Shown here piece by piece: positions 1 through 9,886 of a stretch of DNA of 39,162 nt. The notes under the pieces were generated by a model, which did no database searches, was not told the DNA's origin, and saw only the letters and a list, made by a program, of their open reading frames with translations. Each line of letters begins with the position of its first letter. Within the stretch, counting starts at the first letter, position 1. This DNA is from Gemmatimonadota bacterium. Lineage in GTDB: Bacteria > Gemmatimonadota > Gemmatimonadetes > Palauibacterales > KS3-K002. The DNA lies in assembly GCA_039589375.1 (NCBI GenBank), contig JBDHHL010000001.1:1-39162 (forward strand), in the 5' to 3' direction. Made by a program: the position numbers and the translations under genes.

Positions 1-345
1 GAGTTGTTGAAGTTCCAGCTCGAGCAGCGCCGCCTTCTCCTCTATCGCACGGTCCGGCATCTCCAGCCAGTTGAACGCCACGTTGGCGCCGCACCGCGCG
101 AACTCGATAGCCGTCTGCCGGCCGATCCCGGTCGCGCCGCCTGTGACCAAGGCCGTGCGCCCCCGCAATCCGCCGAAATGAACGGCGGGCTGCGGTTGCG
201 TCTCCTCGCCAACTTCCTCCAGCAGAGCCGCGACGACCCCGCCGGCGTCGGGTGCCTCTGGCACGTCTGTGAAGTTTGAGCTCCCGCTGCGATCTTCGGT
301 GTTCACCGACCCACTGCCTGTCGATGGGAAGAGTCTTGCGGACAT
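1..345 (-). CDS. SDR-family oxidoreductase, N-terminal part (runs off the window edge)
   Basis: Not in the ORF track. Manual translation of the minus strand gives ...GLRGRTALVTGGATGIGRQTAIEFARCGANVAFNW..., the TGxxxGIG Rossmann motif. ATG at 345; GTG at 306 is an alternative start. Confidence 0.85.
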   Translation of the reverse strand, partial: MSARLFPSTGSGSVNTEDRSGSSNFTDVPEAPDAGGVVAALLEEVGEETQPQPAVHFGGLRGRTALVTGGATGIGRQTAIEFARCGANVAFNWLEMPDRAIEEKAALLELELQQL

Positions 346-474
346 CTTCGATGTCCGCGAGCCCTAGAGGCCCGCCACTCGTCGTTGCCGAATTGAATCC
401 ATGATAGCGCGACACGTAGCGCCGTAGCAACCAACAGTGCGCGCCAGCAAAACTCAGCGACGGAGGCCCACCGA

Positions 475-1059
475 TCAGGAACCCGAACCGAGAAGTCGGA
501 AACCGAGCCGCGCCTCGTGGAAAGGGATTTCAGAGATTGCAGTGTACCGGTATTCCGCCAGAAGCCAGATCGCACCGGTCGCGCTCAACCGAAACGCGAA
601 GCCGAGGAAGCCACTGGCGCCGAATCGCACGCCCCGCAGCCTCTCGGCCTCCAGCAACTGACCGTCCTGAAAGGAAGAACTCTCGGCGCGAGAGACATCG
701 ATCGAGTGTAGGGAGACGCCGGCGCCGAGATACGGCCGGACGCCACCGCCGCGAAGGATATCACTCCAGAATTCCAGCCCGGCCAGCGCGTCTCGGACGG
801 CCAGGTCCGAATTCTTCCGGTCCGCCGACCACCAGTCGAGCTCGATTCCCATGTGCAGCACGGGCCCGAATAGGTCCGCGAACCCGAGTCGCCCACCAAA
901 AGCCACCCCGACCTCCGACTCGTCCGGCCACACGCTGCCCCCGAACATGTCGATGGCGACGAAGCGAATATCTACGAACTGCGCATCCAGGCGTCCGGGC
1001 AGCACGATCAACGCTGCCAGGCCGCAAATAGCCAGGCCACGACGCAGCCACCCGTTCAC
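475..1059 (-). CDS. Outer-membrane beta-barrel (OmpA/OmpW-like) protein
   Basis: N-terminal signal peptide ending LDAQ; amphipathic beta-strands (RPYLGAGVSLH, LLAEYRY, RLGFRL) typical of small 8-stranded barrels. Confidence 0.6.
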   Translation of the reverse strand: MNGWLRRGLAICGLAALIVLPGRLDAQFVDIRFVAIDMFGGSVWPDESEVGVAFGGRLGFADLFGPVLHMGIELDWWSADRKNSDLAVRDALAGLEFWSDILRGGGVRPYLGAGVSLHSIDVSRAESSSFQDGQLLEAERLRGVRFGASGFLGFAFRLSATGAIWLLAEYRYTAISEIPFHEARLGFRLLGSGS

Positions 1060-1077
1060 ATCTCGTCCGTTCGTGGT

Positions 1078-2724
1078 TCAGCGGAAGTTGATGAACACGT
1101 ACGAGACCACAACGATCACACCCAGGTACGCCAGACCGACGCTCGGTAGCTGGAAGACCACCATCAGGGCGCCGACTACAGCGCCCAAGAAGCCGCCGAG
1201 GTATACGATCAACCTCAACTCGCGGCGCGTGACGGTCCAGATGAGTCTCTCCAGCTCATCGATGGGATAGGCCCTGATCCTATGCTCGACCATGTCCGCT
1301 ATCGGCAGCTCGGCGACCACCGCTGGGACACGCGACTGCAGGAACTCCCACAGCGGATCGAACAGCAGTTGCTCGGCCCTGTCCAACGCGTCCGCCGGCA
1401 GATAGTCTCGGACCCGCCCTATCGGCACCGTCAGCAGCCATTCCGTCTGCCGCACAAGGGTCGCTTCCAGCAGAGTATGGATCCGCTCTCCGCGAGCGAT
1501 CTCCAGCACCCAATCCGCCATGCGATCCGTGATGCGGCCAGCGGCCTCCGGCCCCAGGTACTCCACTACGTCGCCCAGCTTCTTTCCCTCGGAGGCCTTG
1601 AGAAAACGGTCCATTCTGCCGAAGACGAAGTCTTCGGTCGTGTCGTGCCTAACGAAGTCGACGATTCGGTCAGTCAGGACGTCGCCCACGCGACCAAGCT
1701 CCTTGTCATCCATATCGCCGAAGATCGCTCTGACCGGACGCGCCAGCATATCATCGATGGCATCGTTGACCGCGGCAGCCGCACGGTCCTGAATCAGCGG
1801 TTCACGCAGCAGAGCCGCGATTTCTTCAGCTCCCCCGCGCTCCAGCGCCTGAACCGTCTGGCTTAGCGTCCGCTCTGTGATGATCAGCCTTCCGACGATC
1901 TGCTGGAACATACCCTGCTGGCTCAGGTAGCCGTCGATGAAGTTACGCAGAGCCCGGCGCACACGTTCCTGTGCAGCCGGCGACTCGAGCACCTGGCCGA
2001 AACGATCCAGAACCAACGGCAAGTAGTTGCGGACGACCGCCTCGCCGAAGTTGATCGCGCCGGTCGGGACGAAGCGGCCCAGCGGTTCTTCCGACGTGAT
2101 GAAATCTCGCAAGTTCCTCTGGAAGAATTCCCTGATCGCGTTGCGAAACCCCGAGCCCATCACGACGCCTTCGCCCACGTCGTGCAACACGGTCATCAGC
2201 TGCCCGCGCGCCTCGGGTGTGAGCACCTTCTCCAACGGCTCGCCGCCGAACTCGCGGTTCAGCCGATCCACGAATTCGCGCACCCGCCGCTCGAAGGCCG
2301 CCCCGTGCAGGTACTCGACCAGCCCTTCCAGCAAGCGCTCCCCAAAGTCGGCCACAGTGTCCGTGACGTCATCCAGGCGGCTCGGCGGGATCGCCGATTC
2401 CAGGTTGCCGAGCTCTTTGTCGAGCAGGCTCTCGAGCGCGTTGCGAAGTGTGGTGTCGAATCGCTCGCGGAACTCGGGCTGAGCAAGCGTCTGGACGATG
2501 TCTTCGGTTCGCAGCAGGTGTGTCCCGACCGTCAGACCGATTCGGTGCGCGATCCGGTCGATCTCCTTGGGAATGGCGCCCTGTGGAAACAGCCTGAGCC
2601 GCCCTGCCCGAAGCGGCTTGTGCGGGTGGAATAGCATCCAGATCGCCACCGCATTCGTGAGCAAACCGGCTGTGATACCGATGCCCACGAACGCCACGTG
2701 GTCAATGCTCAGGAATTCCGACAA
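1078..2724 (-). CDS. DUF445-family membrane-anchored protein
   Basis: N-terminal GLLTNAVAIWMLFHP...QGAIPK and C-terminal ELRLIVYLGGFLGAVVG match the DUF445 pattern. TTG at 2724 with GAGG upstream avoids overlap with the divergent gene. Confidence 0.8.
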   Translation of the reverse strand: MSEFLSIDHVAFVGIGITAGLLTNAVAIWMLFHPHKPLRAGRLRLFPQGAIPKEIDRIAHRIGLTVGTHLLRTEDIVQTLAQPEFRERFDTTLRNALESLLDKELGNLESAIPPSRLDDVTDTVADFGERLLEGLVEYLHGAAFERRVREFVDRLNREFGGEPLEKVLTPEARGQLMTVLHDVGEGVVMGSGFRNAIREFFQRNLRDFITSEEPLGRFVPTGAINFGEAVVRNYLPLVLDRFGQVLESPAAQERVRRALRNFIDGYLSQQGMFQQIVGRLIITERTLSQTVQALERGGAEEIAALLREPLIQDRAAAAVNDAIDDMLARPVRAIFGDMDDKELGRVGDVLTDRIVDFVRHDTTEDFVFGRMDRFLKASEGKKLGDVVEYLGPEAAGRITDRMADWVLEIARGERIHTLLEATLVRQTEWLLTVPIGRVRDYLPADALDRAEQLLFDPLWEFLQSRVPAVVAELPIADMVEHRIRAYPIDELERLIWTVTRRELRLIVYLGGFLGAVVGALMVVFQLPSVGLAYLGVIVVVSYVFINFR

Positions 2725-2778
2725 TTCGACCTCAGTCCCGCGTTGACAGTCTTTCCAGCTCCGTCCAAGTTTCGCGTC

Positions 2779-3978
2779 ATGCGCACAAACATGGGACACC
2801 GCTCGCCATCCACAACCGAGCGACTCGTCACAGCCCGCGCCTGGCTCGCGGGGCAGGGCGAGTCCACCCTCAGCGAGCAAATCGAGCTAGCGCGCGTTCC
2901 GGCCCCGCCCTTTCAGGAGCGGGGGCGCTCGGAGACCGTAGCCGCCAAGCTCGGGATGCTGGGCGTCGACTCCGAGTTCGACAAAGTCGGAAACCTCCTA
3001 GCCTGGTTCCCGGACAAACCCGAGGACGCCGCCCCACCGCCCGTCATCGTTGCCACCCACGTTGACACCGTTTTCGGTCCCGATACGCCAATCGAGATCC
3101 GACGCCAAGGCTCCCGCTGGCTCGGTCCCGGCATCACCGACAACGCGCGCGGGTTGGCCGTCGGGCTCGTCGTTCTTCGAGCCCTCGTCCACGCCGCCAT
3201 CCGACCCCAGCACCCCATTCTCTTCGCCTTCACCGTGGGCGAAGAAGGACACGGCGATCTGAGGGGCGTGAAGCACCTATTCGCCGAGGGCAGTCCGCTT
3301 CGGGACGCTGCTGCCTTCATAGCCGTCGATGGAAGCGGCCTCCGCCGCATCATCCACCACGCTCTCGGCAGCCGTCGCTTCCGCATCACGACGCGCGGTG
3401 CCGGCGGCCATTCCTGGACCGACTGGGGCCGCTCGAACCCAGCCAACGCCATCGGCGAGTTCATCCACGGGCTCGCGACGATGGACCTGCCGGAACAGCC
3501 ACGGACCGTGCTCACCGCTGCCAGACACGGTGGCGGAACCAGCATCAACGCTATCCCCGCCGACAGCTGGGTCGAACTCGACCTGCGCTCCGAGGACGAG
3601 GCGTTGTTGCACGCCACCGAAGCGCGAATCCGCGACCTGCTCGAGTCCAGCGTCGCCTCCGAGCGGGCGCGGGGCGATGGGCGTCTCGACGTCGAGATCG
3701 AGCTCATCGGCGAGCGTCCAGCCGGAATTCTCGAAAGCTCGCACCCCCTCGTGCAAGCCACGGAAGAAGCCACCCGAGCCTTGGGCGTCGAACCGAAGAA
3801 TGCCGTCTCTTCTACCGACGCCAACGTGCCTCTGGCCCTCCACATCCCCAGCATCGCCATCGGCGGCGGCGGCGAATCGGGCGAAACTCACACCGTTAAT
3901 GAGTGGTTCGAGGATACAGACGGCTCGGCCGGCCCCCTCCGTCTTCTTTCCGTACTCGCCTTCGTCGCTCACTTCTAA
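2779..3978 (+). CDS. M20/M25/M40-family metallopeptidase
   Basis: Motifs HVDTV, PGITDN, GEEG, GGHSW, STDAN, HT..E. Start ATG at 2779 or 2791. Confidence 0.85.
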   Translation: MRTNMGHRSPSTTERLVTARAWLAGQGESTLSEQIELARVPAPPFQERGRSETVAAKLGMLGVDSEFDKVGNLLAWFPDKPEDAAPPPVIVATHVDTVFGPDTPIEIRRQGSRWLGPGITDNARGLAVGLVVLRALVHAAIRPQHPILFAFTVGEEGHGDLRGVKHLFAEGSPLRDAAAFIAVDGSGLRRIIHHALGSRRFRITTRGAGGHSWTDWGRSNPANAIGEFIHGLATMDLPEQPRTVLTAARHGGGTSINAIPADSWVELDLRSEDEALLHATEARIRDLLESSVASERARGDGRLDVEIELIGERPAGILESSHPLVQATEEATRALGVEPKNAVSSTDANVPLALHIPSIAIGGGGESGETHTVNEWFEDTDGSAGPLRLLSVLAFVAHF

Positions 3979-4010
3979 GCCGGACGCCCGATTCTAAGCC
4001 GGATGCCCGA
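3973..4010. repeat. 19-bp tandem direct duplication spanning the peptidase stop codon
   Basis: TTCTAAGCCGGACGCCCGA followed directly by TTCTAAGCCGGATGCCCGA (1 mismatch). Confidence 0.9.
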
Positions 4011-4031
4011 TCGGGTCAGTCGATGGCATCT

Positions 4032-5033
4032 CTATTCCGACGACTCCGGGGCGCCAAAAGCCGCGCTGTGATCGCCGAGGAGCACCGTTCCGCGTAGCCC
4101 ACGTATCTGAACGTTCGAGCCGATCAGCGATTCGCTCAACTCGCAGTCCTCGATGACGGCTCCCTCTCCGACGATACAATTACTCAGCCTCGACCCGTGT
4201 ATTCGACTGCCGCGCCCCAAGCTGACGTTCGGTCCGATGACGGACCCTGACAGCTCGACTCCGCTCTCGATCCGTACCGGTCCCGATACCGTGCTATCGC
4301 CCGTATCGCTGGGCCTTAGCGCCCGGCCAGTCTCCAGCAAATGCAGATTGGTGGCCAGCAGTGTCTCCGGCTTACCGCAGTCGTACCAGCCCTCGACTTC
4401 CAGGACGCGAATCCTAGAACCGTTATCCACCATGTACTGAAGTGCATCCGTTAGAAAGTATTCGCCAAGATACGGGTCGGCGGCCAAAGTGTGGTCTATG
4501 CCTTCAAACAGCAGCCGGTGATCGCGAAGGAAGTAGAGACCTATGTTCGCCAACCGCGAGATCGGTTCCTTCGGCTTCTCGACGATCCGCGTCATCATCC
4601 CTTCCTCGTCCGTCACGATCACACCAAACCGCTGGTAGTCCTCTACTTCCTTGGCCCAAATGAAGCCGTCTACGTCAGGATGCGCGTCGATCACTGACAG
4701 ATCGGCATCGAACACGGTGTCAACAAAGATGATCAGAACCGGGCCATCGACATGAGGCTGCGCCAGCTTGATCGCGCCGGCCGTGCCGTTCTGTACCTCC
4801 TGCTCGATGAAGACCGATGAGACCGAATAGTGCGCCTCTACATGTGCCTCGACTTGTTCTTTCAGATGGCCCGTTATGAAGACCAGTTGCTCTACCCCGA
4901 GCCGTTCTACCACGTCCTCGACCACATAGTCGAGAACCGCCTTACCGGCAACCTCCAGCAGCGGTTTTGGCACCGTGTGCGTGTGAGGCCGCAGCCTCGT
5001 TCCTTTCCCAGCCAAGGGAATGACGACTTTCAC
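4032..5033 (-). CDS. Sugar-phosphate nucleotidyltransferase (glucose-1-phosphate thymidylyltransferase-like) with C-terminal left-handed beta-helix
   Basis: IPLAGKGTRLRPHT..PKPL, VEKP, WYDCGKPE and hexapeptide repeats. GTG start at 5033 is likely. Confidence 0.88.
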   Translation of the reverse strand: MKVVIPLAGKGTRLRPHTHTVPKPLLEVAGKAVLDYVVEDVVERLGVEQLVFITGHLKEQVEAHVEAHYSVSSVFIEQEVQNGTAGAIKLAQPHVDGPVLIIFVDTVFDADLSVIDAHPDVDGFIWAKEVEDYQRFGVIVTDEEGMMTRIVEKPKEPISRLANIGLYFLRDHRLLFEGIDHTLAADPYLGEYFLTDALQYMVDNGSRIRVLEVEGWYDCGKPETLLATNLHLLETGRALRPSDTGDSTVSGPVRIESGVELSGSVIGPNVSLGRGSRIHGSRLSNCIVGEGAVIEDCELSESLIGSNVQIRGLRGTVLLGDHSAAFGAPESSE

Positions 5034-5196
5034 CCCGCCTTCTCCTTTCCCGCCGACTATTAACCTGGTTCTGCGCCGCCACAAAACTAAGCGATTCTCC
5101 GACCCCGCAAAGTATACGGTTCCCAACCACCTTGCAGAACACGGCGCCCGTCCACATGATCAGGAGTCATCTGACCAATGAGAACTCCGATTCGCG

Positions 5197-5583
5197 ATGA
5201 TAACCCAAGCTATTGTAAGAGCGTTGACTGAGAACTCGGCCCAGACCAGCGAAGAGGCTGAGGACCCCAGATTGAACGGTCGCACTTATATGATCCCTTT
5301 CGCCAAGGTGTGGGACGAAATCATCGACATGATAGAGTCGAAACGGCGCTGGACGCTCGTGCGCGCCGATGAAGGCAGTGGCCTCATACACGCGGAAGCC
5401 ACGACCCGAGTACTCCGCTTCGTGGACGACGTTCGCTTCAAGCTGAAGCTCGACCAGAACGCTCTCACCCGGGTTGACATGTGGTCTACCTCGCGCGTCG
5501 GGAAGGGAGATCTGGGCACTAACACACGTCGCATCGGGCGGTTCTATCGCGAACTGGATCGCAGGCTAGGACTGACCGCCTGA
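5197..5583 (+). CDS. DUF1499-domain protein
   Basis: IHAEATTRVLRFVDDV...RVDMWSTSRVGKGDLGTNTRRI matches the DUF1499 signature (F.DD, S.SR.G..D.G.N..RI). Confidence 0.8.
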   Translation: MITQAIVRALTENSAQTSEEAEDPRLNGRTYMIPFAKVWDEIIDMIESKRRWTLVRADEGSGLIHAEATTRVLRFVDDVRFKLKLDQNALTRVDMWSTSRVGKGDLGTNTRRIGRFYRELDRRLGLTA

Positions 5584-5616
5584 CGGGTCACCCCGCCGCA
5601 CGCCGCGCGCACAACC

Positions 5617-6930
5617 CTACGACGTTGCGGCGACTCGTGCGCCTTCCACGGGGACATCTAGTTCACCTTCGGTCTTCGCCACCCAGATTGCGCAAACGGT
5701 ATCGCCCGTGACGTTCACCGCGGTGCGAGACATGTCGAGAATGCGCTCGACGCCCACGACCAGAGCGATCCCTTCCAGTGGGATGCCAAGCTGGGTCAGC
5801 ACGATGGTCAGGGTGACCATGCCAATCCCGGGGACACCGGCGGCACCGATCGATGCCAGTGTGGCCGTCAGCACGATGGTCAAGAGGTCGGTCAATCCCA
5901 AGGTGATGCCAAAGACCTGAGCGATGAACACCGCGCTTACGCCCTGGTAGATCGCCGTACCGTTCATGTTCACGGTCGCTCCCAGCGGAAGCACGAAGGA
6001 CGCCACCTGGTTCGATACGCCCAGATCCTCCTCGGTCACCTGCAGGTTCAGCGGCAGAGTCGCGTTGCTGGACGAAGTGGAAAACGCGAACACAAACACT
6101 TCGTAGTACTTCTTCAGGAAGAACCACGGAGACATCCCGGAGAGACGCAGCGAGACCGGATAGACGGTGATAGTGAAGACAATCATCGTTCCGATCGTAA
6201 TCAGCACGTATTTCAGCAGCGTTACCAGCACGCCGTATCCAAACTGCGCCGCCACAGCAACGATCAATGCGAAGACGCCGATGGGCGCCACCTTCATCAC
6301 GATCTTCACGAGGACGATCATCGCATCGTTGACGCCGTTCAGAAAATCCAGTACCGGCTTCCTGCGCTCCTCCGTAAGGATCGTCAGGGATATTCCGAAC
6401 AGGATGGCGAAGAAGATGATCTGCAGAAAATTGGTCTCCACCATAGCGCGGAAAGGATTCCTCGGAATGATGCGCACGAGAAGATCCGCGATCGAAGGCT
6501 TTTCGCTCAGCCGCTCGAGTTGCTCGGCGGTGACCCCCGCGAAGTCCGTGAGCACTCTCGCTTTGACCTCTTCATCCAACCCTATTCCGGGGTTCAGCGT
6601 CTTGGCCGCGATCAGACCCAAGGCGACAGCCAACGCGGTCGCCACGAGGTAGAACGCAACCGTCTTCAAGCCTATCCGGCCCAGCTTGCGCAAGTCGCCC
6701 AAGCTCGCCGTTCCCACGATCAGCGAAGCCATGACCAGCGGTACCACGATCATCACCAGCAGATTGATGAACGCGTCGCCCAACGGCTTGATCGCCGCGC
6801 CGAAGCCGCCAAGGATTGGTCCAAGCAAGGCGCCGAGGATAAGAGCGATCAGTATCTGGGTGTGCAGCTTGATGTTGCGGATTCTGTTGAAGATGCTCAT
6901 TGCCAACGGTCTTCTCTCCGAGGTCGTCAT
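5617..6930 (-). CDS. Dicarboxylate/amino acid:cation symporter (GltP/DAACS family)
   Basis: FSTSSSNATLP, PLGATVNMNGTA, ERILDMSRTAVNVTGD and many transmembrane segments. Confidence 0.92.
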   Translation of the reverse strand: MTTSERRPLAMSIFNRIRNIKLHTQILIALILGALLGPILGGFGAAIKPLGDAFINLLVMIVVPLVMASLIVGTASLGDLRKLGRIGLKTVAFYLVATALAVALGLIAAKTLNPGIGLDEEVKARVLTDFAGVTAEQLERLSEKPSIADLLVRIIPRNPFRAMVETNFLQIIFFAILFGISLTILTEERRKPVLDFLNGVNDAMIVLVKIVMKVAPIGVFALIVAVAAQFGYGVLVTLLKYVLITIGTMIVFTITVYPVSLRLSGMSPWFFLKKYYEVFVFAFSTSSSNATLPLNLQVTEEDLGVSNQVASFVLPLGATVNMNGTAIYQGVSAVFIAQVFGITLGLTDLLTIVLTATLASIGAAGVPGIGMVTLTIVLTQLGIPLEGIALVVGVERILDMSRTAVNVTGDTVCAIWVAKTEGELDVPVEGARVAATS

Positions 6931-7044
6931 GGATCGTCGGACGTCAACCGAACGAGTCTAGGATCGCCGCAAGATAGGGTTGGGCCCGAGGGCGCGACAG
7001 ACCACCTAGTACTGGACCACACCGGTACGGACAGGTTGGCCCCC

Positions 7045-7133
7045 TTGAATATCGAACACCGAATATCGAATGGCGAATAACGAAGAACTGTCCTTGGAAA
7101 GTCGACATCCGATGTTCAGTATTGGCAATTCAA
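7045..7133. repeat. Imperfect inverted repeat built of 7-bp units
   Basis: Left arm AATATCG AACACCG AATATCG AATGGCG AATAACG; the right arm 7101-7133 reverse-complements to TTG AATTGCC AATACTG AACATCG GATGTCG AC. Confidence 0.75.
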
Positions 7134-7223
7134 AGCCTGCCCCACGTCGTCCCTGCTCACACGTCACTACCGCTGTGGCCGGCCACCTAGCCGTGCCGGT
7201 GACCCCCAGATAGCTTTCGCGAC

Positions 7224-8186
7224 ATGATTAGAAGAGCGCTGATGTGGTTCTTCTGCCTCGCAGCTCTGCAGGCGTGTGGCCCGGATAGAACGGGCACCGT
7301 GTCCTCCGGCGAGGGTTCGGACTCAGCCCCCGATCCAGGCGCCGCACGACCGGTAACCGTGACCGAGTACACCACGAGCCTGCTATTCCTGCCGTTCGAG
7401 CCCGCCACCACGCGGGCTTTGATCTTGGACTTCGCCAACGTGGCAACATCCGATGCCGTTGACCATCGCTACCTCGGCTGGCAGCTGACTGGCTCGGGCT
7501 GGCGTACCATCCTCGACATCGAAGCTCGGGATGCCCCCCTGCGCGAGCCGTGGCGATTGTTTCCCGTGGACTCTCTGCGCCTGATGGTCACGGCCGACGG
7601 AGACGCCGACGCCGTTGTGCTGAGCACGGCATCGGGCGACAACACCCTCGACCTAGGCGAATACTTCGACCGCTGGGAGGACGGCGCGGGGACCCGGCAC
7701 GAGATCCGCGAAGCGCGGTGGATCCAGCGCGGCCAGCGGATAACCGGCGTCGCTGTCCAGCATCGGTTCGCCATACCGGAGCCCGACCAACCTTCCCGGT
7801 TCGGCCCCTACGATAGGGCCATACTCAGATCGGCGGACGGGGCTGTCGTCGTTCTGTTCAGCAGCCGCAGTCCCGAGACGTACGGCAGCTCCTACGCCTG
7901 GATGTACGCCGACGGTCTGTCGAGGCGCTGGACCGCCGTAGAATCGCGCACCGTGGAAGTGGCCAACGCTCCAGAGTTGCGTCGAAACGTGCCCGTTCGG
8001 ATCTGGTTCAGGATTCCGGAACCCGACATAAGAGCCGAGATCACGGTGGCCGAGCGTCAACTCAATGAATACCCGACTGCGCAGGGGCCGAAGCCGTACA
8101 ACGCCCTGTACCGGGTTAGAGGATGGATCGAGTTCGCGGGTGAGCGCCGCGATGTAGAAGGCTTGCTGGAGCGCGGAGAGACCTGA
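7224..8186 (+). CDS. Hypothetical lipoprotein
   Basis: Signal peptide with lipobox-like LQAC (Cys18); fills the gap between neighbouring genes; no family recognised. Confidence 0.7.
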   Translation: MIRRALMWFFCLAALQACGPDRTGTVSSGEGSDSAPDPGAARPVTVTEYTTSLLFLPFEPATTRALILDFANVATSDAVDHRYLGWQLTGSGWRTILDIEARDAPLREPWRLFPVDSLRLMVTADGDADAVVLSTASGDNTLDLGEYFDRWEDGAGTRHEIREARWIQRGQRITGVAVQHRFAIPEPDQPSRFGPYDRAILRSADGAVVVLFSSRSPETYGSSYAWMYADGLSRRWTAVESRTVEVANAPELRRNVPVRIWFRIPEPDIRAEITVAERQLNEYPTAQGPKPYNALYRVRGWIEFAGERRDVEGLLERGET

Positions 8187-8191
8187 CCTGC

Positions 8192-9886
8192 CTACGCTTC
8201 AAACTGCTCAATCCGTCGCAGCGCCAACCTCAACGGTAGCAAGGTAGCCGCTACGCAGATTCCCACGGCCGCTACTCCGCTGCCCGCAGCCATCAGCCAC
8301 ACGTCGCCTGAAGGGCTCGTCCCCATTAGCCTGTGGCGGAAGATGCTGAGGACCGGCCACGACTCAAGCACCAAAACGACGCCCAGGAGCGCGATGGCCG
8401 ACATCATGAAGAGAAGTCCGCCCATGCTCGTTGGGATCTGCGCGGTGTTCTCGGTCTCGAACTGTGGAAAGATCGTTCCAAACGCCAGCGCCAGAGCCGC
8501 CAGCGCGAAAGTCACGGCGGTGATGGTGGCCAGCGACAGCACCATCATGATAGGGTTCACTTTGAGGAGCAGATTCGTACCGAGCGTCAGCACGAAAGCC
8601 ATCAACAGCAGTGGAGCCGTCCCGACCCAGTATTTGCTGTAGAGGAGGTCCCGTGCCCGTAGCGGACTGGAACGCAGTAGCCAAAGCGTCGGGCCCTCCA
8701 GGCTCACACCCGGAAGCACGAAACGCGCGGCGACGGCTGACAAGACGAATCCCGCAAGCCCGACGTTGACGAAGGAAATGATGTGTGCGAAGAAGAAGCT
8801 GACGCCCTCGGAGTACAGCGGCAGCGCGCGGATGTTGTAGATATACACGACTACCAGGACGCCCAGAAGAATGAGCTGTGACCATTGCGTGGTGTCACGG
8901 AAGAAGACACGGATGTCCTTCAGCATCAACTCCGTGCGACTACTGCCAAAGCCGCGGAACAGCTTCCGAATCGAGACACCGAACCGCCGCCCCGCTGTGT
9001 GCTTCTGGGCTCCCTCCTGTGACCGCGTGAAGGCGGCCGGATAGTAGCGATGGTGAAACAGCGCGCCCAGGACCACTACCGCTGCCGCGCTGCTCCACAG
9101 CAAGAGCAGCATGAAGGGATCAAAGCCGCCCTGTAACACACCCACGATGGAATCGGAGGCCCATTCGCTCGGCAGCCACGGCGACGTCGGGCCCCGTAGC
9201 ACCGCCATGAAGTCACCGAGGTTACGAAAGCCCTCGGGCCTGGCTAGGCTCTCCGGGCGCAACAGGCGAATCAACAGCACCACCCCGCCGGCAGCGGCGA
9301 CCGTGATGACGCCGAAGATGTCCTTCGCACGGCGCGCCGGAAAGACACTCACCAGCAGAAGCGTCAACGCCGACCCGACTACCGCCGTGATGACGAAGAA
9401 CGGCAGCAGCGCGGCCAAGGACACCCCCAGTAGGCCGAACCAGTGTCCGTACACCGTCCCGTACGCGACCAAGATCGGCACGCACATCAGAGCTACCATC
9501 CAACTGGAGTTTACTACCGTCTCCGTAAGCTTCGTGAGGTATATTTGCTCGCCAGAAGACGGAGCGGAAATGAGCAACTCCAGGTCCTTCGACAGAAAGA
9601 ACGTCGATAGCGCGGTGATGACATTCGAGAGCAGCAAGATGCCAAGGAACGTAAGCAGGATCAGGCCCATCAGCTTGGCCGCCAGCAGGTCCCCGATATC
9701 CTCAACTCCCTGGAAGTAGCGCAAGACCCGGTAGAGGATGCCGTAGGCCGCCAGCCAAAAGACGACCCCTACCGTCGCGACCGTGATCGTCTTGCCGCTG
9801 CCCGAGCCCTGACGACTGACCCTCCTACGCGCCGTGATCCGCTTCGGGCGCAGCATGTCCCAGAAGCTCGCGCTGGGAGTACTCAC
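8192..9886 (-). CDS. Putative ABC transporter permease
   Basis: About 12 hydrophobic segments with an internal two-fold repeat (DLELLISAP / LWLLRSSP); overlaps the ABC ATPase stop by 4 bp. Confidence 0.8.
   Translation of the reverse strand: MSTPSASFWDMLRPKRITARRRVSRQGSGSGKTITVATVGVVFWLAAYGILYRVLRYFQGVEDIGDLLAAKLMGLILLTFLGILLLSNVITALSTFFLSKDLELLISAPSSGEQIYLTKLTETVVNSSWMVALMCVPILVAYGTVYGHWFGLLGVSLAALLPFFVITAVVGSALTLLLVSVFPARRAKDIFGVITVAAAGGVVLLIRLLRPESLARPEGFRNLGDFMAVLRGPTSPWLPSEWASDSIVGVLQGGFDPFMLLLLWSSAAAVVVLGALFHHRYYPAAFTRSQEGAQKHTAGRRFGVSIRKLFRGFGSSRTELMLKDIRVFFRDTTQWSQLILLGVLVVVYIYNIRALPLYSEGVSFFFAHIISFVNVGLAGFVLSAVAARFVLPGVSLEGPTLWLLRSSPLRARDLLYSKYWVGTAPLLLMAFVLTLGTNLLLKVNPIMMVLSLATITAVTFALAALALAFGTIFPQFETENTAQIPTSMGGLLFMMSAIALLGVVLVLESWPVLSIFRHRLMGTSPSGDVWLMAAGSGVAAVGICVAATLLPLRLALRRIEQFEA

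Noticed and set aside
7045-7133. CRISPR array
   Set aside because: The units are 7 bp with no spacers, and no cas genes are present.
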